DNA of 64,000 bases from Methylotenera sp. GTDB taxonomy: Bacteria > Pseudomonadota > Gammaproteobacteria > Burkholderiales > Methylophilaceae. The position numbers and the translations under genes were made by a program. Each line of letters starts with the position of its first letter. Positions within the stretch are counted from its first letter, which is position 1. Location: positions 6,965 to 70,964 of the forward strand of contig JAQTXW010000002.1 in NCBI GenBank assembly GCA_028688575.1, read 5' to 3'. The notes under the pieces are model-generated. The model did not search any database, had not been told where the DNA came from, and was given only the letters and a program-made list of their open reading frames with translations. Shown one piece after another: positions 58,103 through 64,000 of this stretch.

Positions 58103-59980
58103 TTACTTTACCGTAGTTTTTAACCAATGTAGCGCACCAGATTGCGATTGCCATACAGCAAGAAAATTTTCGCGATATAGCCAGGCTTCCTGCGGGCTGC
58201 CAAGTGCATAACCATAGTCATTCAATTTGGGTTGGCGCGGCGACTTTGCCACGAGCATTTTGTAAATATGAGGGTAGCGCGTGCAGGCGTATTTTGCCGC
58301 CTCATTAGCTTCATCCATACGTCCTGCCGCATAAAAAGCCAGCACGCGGTTGAATTCTACTCCCGCCATATCTTCTGGGTATTGGGCTGCCAATGCAATT
58401 GCGTCTTCTGCTTTGTTGCGCGCAATTAAGCCAGCTAATACAAGGTCACGTAAGCCGTGATTATCATTTGGATTGATGGTTTCCACCATGCGTAACATCA
58501 AATTAAAAGCGGCTTCGCGATCGACAGCATTGCGTGAATTTTTATCGTCGAGGGCTTTGCGAGCTAACAAGCGCAAAGCAGGGCGATTTTCTAAAAAGCC
58601 CCATTCGCATTTGAGTGCGCTGGCTTGGTGTGCGTCCATTGCTTTGTTAAATAAAGCTTCTGCGTGCTTCAGTAGCAGCGGAGTGAGGGGTTCTGTGGCG
58701 CCAAAGACATCATAGCTGTCTAATGCACCGACAATATCGTCAATAACATCAAAGCTATGCCATAGCACGGGTTGTTTTTCCAGCACTGTAAGCCATGCAT
58801 TGGGATTGTCCCACGCGGCTTGATTATTGGCTAACGATACATGTGTTGAAGGGGGCTTATTGACTGGAAATACTTTATTCCATTTTAGTAAGGCCTTCCT
58901 GAGCTCTTCAATTGGCGTGAGCGGCCCTGTGCTACCTTCAAACGGTACAAGTCGATAATAACATTGCGGTTTGTCTAGAGATTTACTTAGAGTTTGAATT
59001 TGGGCTTGCAATCTACCAATGGATGCATCAGCGAGGGAGGTGGCATTCAACATGGCTTGTTGCGGGTCGTTGGCAATTGCAAGCAGCCAGTCCATACGAT
59101 CTTGTAAATCAGGATTACGCAATTTTTGTAACTTCAAGTGCCAAAAATTCGCCCGCTCGCGAGCGATTGCATCCTTACCTTCTGCGATGAGGCATTGTAT
59201 TTCTAGAAGCGCTAAGTCAGGATTGTCAGGCGAAGCTCGCATTGCCTCGTTGATAGCATGGCGTGAAGCGGTTAAATTGCCAGCATCCATTTCTATCAAA
59301 GCCATGCGCTGCCAGCCAACGTACTGAACCTCACGTTCGCCGCGTGAAATCGCAGCTTGTGCAAGGGACTTGCGTTTACGAGGTTTATTTTCTTCTAAGT
59401 AAGCATCCAGCAGTATGTTCAGTAACTCAGCATGCTGGTTGGGGATGCTTTTTTCGTGCTTAAACCAGGGCTCTAATAAATGCACGATGTTTTCATACTC
59501 ACCCTTTTCACGCCATTGCCAAGCCACGTGAAATATCCAATCAAGATTGATATGGCTGTGCACAAGATCAGCCCAATATTTACGTGGCATGACCATCAAT
59601 AATTGATTTAGCATCAGCGCTGGTGATATAGGCAATTCCATTGCGCTAGCACAGCATTGCTTATATTTACGTAATGAGCCACAAAAGCAAGGGTCATTAC
59701 GTCCAGGTTCAGCTAGTTTCTTTATTCTGTAGTCCAGCGCGGGCTGTGGTGTGGCGTTCCACATTGACCGTCCTAGAATACGGAAGAAGCTGTCCACGCC
59801 TGCTGAGCGATCAATTTGTGCGGCAACAGTAGGTGCGATGGCTGCTCCATGTTTTGCCATATGCATAATCGCTTCATCGGCTGTTGCATTACGCCACACC
59901 AAGCCAGCAAATATAAACATCAGTATATTCATATCACTTTGAAAGTCTTCAGGTGCGTCGATGTTTTGATTTCTTGCCAT
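58103..59980 (-). CDS. SEC-C metal-binding-motif protein with helical-repeat (TPR-like) body, function unknown
   Basis: 625 aa. SecA-type MBD motif C98-F-C100-GSLRKYKQ-C109-C110 in the N-terminal quarter. The rest is predicted to be mostly helical with TPR-like segments. Confidence 0.6.
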   Translation of the reverse strand: MARNQNIDAPEDFQSDMNILMFIFAGLVWRNATADEAIMHMAKHGAAIAPTVAAQIDRSAGVDSFFRILGRSMWNATPQPALDYRIKKLAEPGRNDPCFCGSLRKYKQCCASAMELPISPALMLNQLLMVMPRKYWADLVHSHINLDWIFHVAWQWREKGEYENIVHLLEPWFKHEKSIPNQHAELLNILLDAYLEENKPRKRKSLAQAAISRGEREVQYVGWQRMALIEMDAGNLTASRHAINEAMRASPDNPDLALLEIQCLIAEGKDAIARERANFWHLKLQKLRNPDLQDRMDWLLAIANDPQQAMLNATSLADASIGRLQAQIQTLSKSLDKPQCYYRLVPFEGSTGPLTPIEELRKALLKWNKVFPVNKPPSTHVSLANNQAAWDNPNAWLTVLEKQPVLWHSFDVIDDIVGALDSYDVFGATEPLTPLLLKHAEALFNKAMDAHQASALKCEWGFLENRPALRLLARKALDDKNSRNAVDREAAFNLMLRMVETINPNDNHGLRDLVLAGLIARNKAEDAIALAAQYPEDMAGVEFNRVLAFYAAGRMDEANEAAKYACTRYPHIYKMLVAKSPRQPKLNDYGYALGSPQEAWLYRENFLAVWQSQSGALHWLKTTVK

Positions 59981-60032
59981 ATTTGTGAATATTCGTATTT
60001 AGTTCTGAGACTTTTTCACAGAACGTTTATGC

Positions 60033-60062
60033 ATTGTAAATGCTGACAAATGCGGCGCTCAA
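60033..60062 (-). promoter_or_regulatory. Candidate sigma70 promoter upstream of the SEC-C gene
   Basis: Minus strand: TTGAGC (60057..60062), 18-nt spacer, TACAAT (60033..60038), within the 127-nt prfA/SEC-C gap. Confidence 0.3.
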
Positions 60063-60107
60063 CAATTAGCGTAAAAGCTTCATGCGGTCTAAAATGAGGT
60101 AAGTTTT

Positions 60108-61190
60108 TTAGTTGTCGTCACCCAAACTGGCCAGTAAATCTGCCTGATGTTCAGCAGATAAAGCACCAATCAGCTCGTCCATGTCACCCTCAGTGATTGC
60201 GTCAATCTTATAAAGCGTTAGGTTAATGCGGTGATCGGTAATGCGGCCTTGCGGGTAGTTATAAGTTCGGATGCGTTCAGATCTATCTCCGCTGCCAATC
60301 AGGCTTTTGCGTTCGCTGGCGATTTTACTTTGCTGCTCATCTACTTGCTTAGCTTTGATACGAGCGGCCAGCACAGCAAATGCCTGCGCTTTGTTGGCGT
60401 GCTGACTGCGACCTTCCTGACATTCCACGACAATGCCAGTTGGGGCGTGGGTAAGGCGCACAGCAGAATCGGTTTTATTGATGTGCTGGCCGCCAGCACC
60501 GCTGGCGCGAAAAGTATCAATACGCACATCCGCAGGATTAATCACGACATCGTTAATTTCGTCAGCCTCGGGCAAAACCGCTACTGTACATGCGCTGGTG
60601 TGAATGCGGCCTTGTGTTTCAGTGTCAGGTACGCGCTGTACGCGATGGCCACCACTTTCAAATTTAAGCTTGGAGTAGGCACCAAAGCCTATGATTTTGG
60701 CGATAATCTCCTTGTAACCACCCATTTCGCCTTCGTTGGCAGACATGATCTCTACTTTCCAGCCTTGCCGCTCTGCGTAGCGTGAATACATGCGAAATAA
60801 ATCGCCTGCAAAAAGACCAGACTCATCGCCACCAGTGCCTGCCCTAATCTCTAAAAAGATATTTTTTTCATCATTGGGGTCTTTGGGTAGCAGCAGGGTT
60901 TGCAGGTTTTTTTCGATGGTTTCAAGTTTGGTTTTGCCTGATTCTATTTCTTCTTGCGCAAAAGCTTTCATGTCAGGGTCGCTTAACATGTTAGTGGCTT
61001 CCTGCATGTCGGCCTCGACCTGCTCAAAAGCGCGGAACTGCTCAACGATTGGAGTAATCTCGGCATGCTCTCGCGTTAGCTTGCGGTAGTTATCCATGTC
61101 GTCAGTAATGCCCTCAGAGCTCATTAAGCGATCAATTTCATCTAGACGCTCGCCTAAATTGGCGAGCTTGGTAATCATGCTTGGTTTCAT
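60108..61190 (-). CDS. prfA: Peptide chain release factor 1
   Basis: PxT-type tripeptide region ([10 protein letters not shown]), GGQ motif ([10 protein letters not shown]). Confidence 0.97.
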   Translation of the reverse strand: MKPSMITKLANLGERLDEIDRLMSSEGITDDMDNYRKLTREHAEITPIVEQFRAFEQVEADMQEATNMLSDPDMKAFAQEEIESGKTKLETIEKNLQTLLLPKDPNDEKNIFLEIRAGTGGDESGLFAGDLFRMYSRYAERQGWKVEIMSANEGEMGGYKEIIAKIIGFGAYSKLKFESGGHRVQRVPDTETQGRIHTSACTVAVLPEADEINDVVINPADVRIDTFRASGAGGQHINKTDSAVRLTHAPTGIVVECQEGRSQHANKAQAFAVLAARIKAKQVDEQQSKIASERKSLIGSGDRSERIRTYNYPQGRITDHRINLTLYKIDAITEGDMDELIGALSAEHQADLLASLGDDN

Positions 61191-61315
61191 TGGTTCAATT
61201 TAAATAATGTGTGGTTACGCAAAAATGGTGCTTGATTATGGATGGTTCAAATTCAGTGCGCCATTTATTGCCAGATAGAATGACGGAATTGTAACGGTTT
61301 GGGTATAAAAAGTAA

Positions 61316-62575
61316 TTAATTCTTAATTTGGTACATTTGTTTAATTAAATGTTCAAGTTGCGCATGTGTTTCGCCGTGCGATTGGTTAAGCACATGACTA
61401 GGCGCATGCAGAAATTTATTCATGAGTCCATTGCTGAGCATTTCCAGAATTTTTTCTACTTTTTCGCCTTTTTGAAGCAGTTTGAGCGCTTTTTCCAACT
61501 CTGATTTTCGCATGGTCTCTGCTTGATCTCGCAAGGCTTTGATGGTGGGCACCATGTTGCGCTTTTTAAACCATTGCATAAAGCTGTCAACGCGATTTTC
61601 TACAATAATTTCAGCATCTACCGCGGCTTGCTGGCGGCTGCCTATGCCTTCTTGTACCACGAGTGATAAGTCGTCAACGGTGTATAAAAACACATCATCA
61701 AGCTCAGCAACTTCTTGCTCTACGTCGCGTGGCACGCCAAGGTCTGCCATAAAGATAGGGCGGTGACGCCGCGTTTTGATTGCACGTTCCACCATGCCTA
61801 GACCAACAATAGGCAGTTGGCTGGCGGTACAGGTGATGATGATATCGTATTCGGCGAAGTGGGCAGGCAAATCCTGCAGGAGAATGGCCTGAGCCGCTAT
61901 GCCTTGTGATTGCATTTTATTTGCCAGCGCTGCACCTCTTTCTAGCGTGCGGTTGGCAATGGTCATGCCTTTGGGCTTTTGTGCAGAGAAGTGGTCGGCA
62001 CATAGCTCTACCATTTCGCCCGCGCCAATAAACAGCACTTTCTGCTCGTTTAGGTTACCAAAAATCCGCTGCGCAAGCTTAACAGCAGCAGCAGCCATGG
62101 AGATTGAGTTGGCACCAATATCGGTATTGGTGCGCACTTCTTTGGCGACTTCAAATGTGCGCTGAAATAATTTGTGCAACAAGGTGCCGAGAGTGCCAGC
62201 TTCTTGTGCAATTCTTACCGACTGTTTGAACTGTCCTAGGATTTGGGGTTCACCCAGCACCATGCTGTCTAATCCAGAAGCAACTCTAAAGGCATGTTTA
62301 ACAGCATCACTATCAGGCAGCGTGTAAATGTAGGGCGCGATTGCGGCTTGATCAAGCTGATGATATTGAGATAACCAGGCCAAGGGCTTTTGTGGATTAT
62401 CCGTGCTGCAATAGAGTTCTGTGCGGTTACATGTAGATAATATGGCAGCTTCAGATGCGTCGTGCATGGTGAGGTCGCGCAAAGCGCTGCCTAGCAAGTC
62501 GCTATTGAAAGCAACGTGTTCTCGTATTTGAATAGGGGCGGTGGTGTGGTTAACACCTATCACGTAAAGCTGCAT
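61316..62575 (-). CDS. hemA: Glutamyl-tRNA reductase
   Basis: [11 protein letters not shown] catalytic Cys, GAGEM NADPH motif, and a C-terminal dimerisation helix. Confidence 0.95.
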   Translation of the reverse strand: MQLYVIGVNHTTAPIQIREHVAFNSDLLGSALRDLTMHDASEAAILSTCNRTELYCSTDNPQKPLAWLSQYHQLDQAAIAPYIYTLPDSDAVKHAFRVASGLDSMVLGEPQILGQFKQSVRIAQEAGTLGTLLHKLFQRTFEVAKEVRTNTDIGANSISMAAAAVKLAQRIFGNLNEQKVLFIGAGEMVELCADHFSAQKPKGMTIANRTLERGAALANKMQSQGIAAQAILLQDLPAHFAEYDIIITCTASQLPIVGLGMVERAIKTRRHRPIFMADLGVPRDVEQEVAELDDVFLYTVDDLSLVVQEGIGSRQQAAVDAEIIVENRVDSFMQWFKKRNMVPTIKALRDQAETMRKSELEKALKLLQKGEKVEKILEMLSNGLMNKFLHAPSHVLNQSHGETHAQLEHLIKQMYQIKN

Positions 62576-62832
62576 AAAGAGGTAATCAATTCAATTTCCA
62601 TCATTATACTGTGTTGAGCGTAAAAAATAATTTCTTAGATGTGAAATGAAACCCTATGTGTACATGGTATTTTGTTATGTAGATGCAAAAGCCAAGTTTA
62701 ACCTGTCAATAAGTTAAACCTGTTATTAGGTTGGGAAATTGGAACGCGTATTGAGTGAGTTTCGTGGACAATGGCTTTTTCTAGGTTAAAATAAGCATTT
62801 GAAGCTATTTTTAATTGAACGGAATTATCATC

Positions 62833-63543
62833 ATGGATAAAACTTTTAGAATTGCCCCGAGTATTCTTTCTGCAAACTTTGCCAAACTTGGCCAAGAAAT
62901 TGAAGATGTGATTACTTCTGGTACAGATATTGTGCATTTTGACGTGATGGATAATCACTATGTGCCTAATTTAACTATTGGCCCCTTGGTGTGCGACGCG
63001 ATTCGCGAAACCTCTAAAAAAGTAGGTGCGCTGATTGATGTACATTTGATGGTAAAACCCGTTGACCGTATTATTCCTGACTTCGCAAAAGCGGGTGCAA
63101 ACATTATTACCTTCCACCCAGAGGCCTCTGAACACATAGATCGTAGCCTAGCAATGGTACGTGATTTAGGCTGTAAATCTGGTTTGGTGTTTAACCCCGC
63201 CACTTCACTTAGCTACCTTGATCATGTGATGGATAAAGTAGACATGATTTTACTGATGTCAGTAAACCCAGGCTTTGGTGGCCAAAAATTTATTCCTGAA
63301 ACATTGGAAAAGTTAAAATTGGCGCGTGCACGTATTGATGCCTATTTTGAAAAAACTGGCCGCCAAATCTGGCTAGAAGTCGACGGTGGTGTCAATGCAC
63401 AGAACATTGCAGACATTGCACGCGCAGGGGCAGATACTTTTGTGGCGGGCTCTGCTATTTTTGGTGCAGGAAAAGATACCGACCCTAATCGTTACAATAC
63501 GGTGGTTGCAGAGATGCGAGCATCGCTTGCAACAGTAAAATAA
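62833..63543 (+). CDS. rpe: Ribulose-phosphate 3-epimerase
   Basis: [40 protein letters not shown]. Confidence 0.96.
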   Translation: MDKTFRIAPSILSANFAKLGQEIEDVITSGTDIVHFDVMDNHYVPNLTIGPLVCDAIRETSKKVGALIDVHLMVKPVDRIIPDFAKAGANIITFHPEASEHIDRSLAMVRDLGCKSGLVFNPATSLSYLDHVMDKVDMILLMSVNPGFGGQKFIPETLEKLKLARARIDAYFEKTGRQIWLEVDGGVNAQNIADIARAGADTFVAGSAIFGAGKDTDPNRYNTVVAEMRASLATVK

Positions 63544-63574
63544 CCTAAAGCCGATTGTAAACAGGCTTAATTTC

Positions 63575-63611
63575 AAAAACGCTGGCTGGTAAATATTGCC
63601 AGCGTTTTTTT
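63575..63611 (+). terminator. Intrinsic terminator after rpe
   Basis: AAAAACGCTGGC (63575..63586), 11-nt loop, then GCCAGCGTTTTTTT (63598..63611). Confidence 0.8.
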
Positions 63612-63644
63612 AATCAGTGCGATATAAAATTTAAGTGAATTGCG

Positions 63645-64000
63645 ATGGGGTTTGATGTGAAAGCCATCATGTTTGATCTGGATGGCACGCTAGTACACAC
63701 TGCGCCAGAAATCGCGGCTGCTGCAAACGAGATGTTGGCTGAACTAAAAATGCCCATCTTGCCGCAACAGCAGATTGAGCGATTTATTGGTGAGGGTGCG
63801 CAGATGTTGATTAAACGCTGCGTGGAAGCCGCATGTGGCGCGCCAGCGGGTGAGACAACTTTACACACATCACAGGCGCTGTTTTATCAGCATTATGCAG
63901 ACCATGTCGCGCTTAGCCAGCCTTATGCGGGCGTATTAGATAGCCTGGCAAGCCTGAAGCAACAGGGATTCAGGTTGGCTTGTGTGACTAATAAACCTGA
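63645..64000 (+). CDS. gph: Phosphoglycolate phosphatase (HAD), 5' part; runs off the window
   Basis: Hand translation from ATG 63645: MGFDVKAIMFDLDGTLVHTAPEI...LACVTNKP (HAD motifs I and II). Conserved rpe-gph adjacency. Not in the ORF track because there is no stop in the window. Confidence 0.85.
   Translation, partial: MGFDVKAIMFDLDGTLVHTAPEIAAAANEMLAELKMPILPQQQIERFIGEGAQMLIKRCVEAACGAPAGETTLHTSQALFYQHYADHVALSQPYAGVLDSLASLKQQGFRLACVTNKP

Noticed and set aside
60108-61190. Programmed +1 frameshift in the release factor gene
   Set aside because: That feature belongs to prfB (RF2). This is prfA, which has an uninterrupted 360-aa ORF.

Overview
This window looks like ordinary core chromosome from a moderate-GC Gram-negative bacterium. 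Gene content and order look betaproteobacterial, possibly Methylophilaceae-like, but that is inference only because no search was run. I can support about 65 protein genes, 3 tRNAs (Asp-GTC, Val-TAC, Phe-GAA), one cobalamin riboswitch and a few intrinsic terminators.

Main blocks:
1. 0.3-12.5 kb: mixed housekeeping and accessory genes. These include a Cache-PAS-GGDEF-EAL protein, Sua5/TsaC, an AlkA-like glycosylase, an MFS exporter, NnrS, LrgAB, an esterase and a glutathione peroxidase.
2. 12.5-15.5 kb: tRNA-Val/Asp, dodecin-relA and tRNA-Phe.
3. 15.6-32.5 kb: a late-stage cobalamin assembly and salvage cluster (cobT-cobS-cobC, cobD-cbiB, cobQ, cobU-bluB-cbiA-cobO, a BtuM-like gene, and riboswitch-controlled btuB). 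A binding-protein / hybrid-kinase / REC-HD-GYP signalling module interrupts it.
4. 32.6-37.5 kb: zapB-like/zapA, then gshA-gshB-apbE-NusG_II-Gx.
5. 37.7-47.4 kb: lipA-lipB-ybeD-dacA-rlpA-rodA-mrdA-mreDCB.
6. 47.7-64 kb: gatCAB, pyrE, xthA, ampG, metXW, a gamma-CA-like gene, prmC, a SEC-C protein, prfA, hemA, rpe and partial gph.

I saw no CRISPR array, IS element, integrase, prophage or recognisable defence island, and I cannot claim a clear new system. The best leads are:
- the sensory trio apparently co-transcribed with cobD/cbiB;
- a 625-aa SEC-C-motif protein inserted between prfA and prmC;
- the gshAB-apbE-NusG_II-Gx array;
- a RelA that lacks its C-terminal ACT/RRM domain and abuts tRNA-Val;
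- a BtuM-like solitary B12 transporter;
- an unlisted 41-aa lysine-rich ORF.

All family calls come from motif recognition by eye, not from searches.
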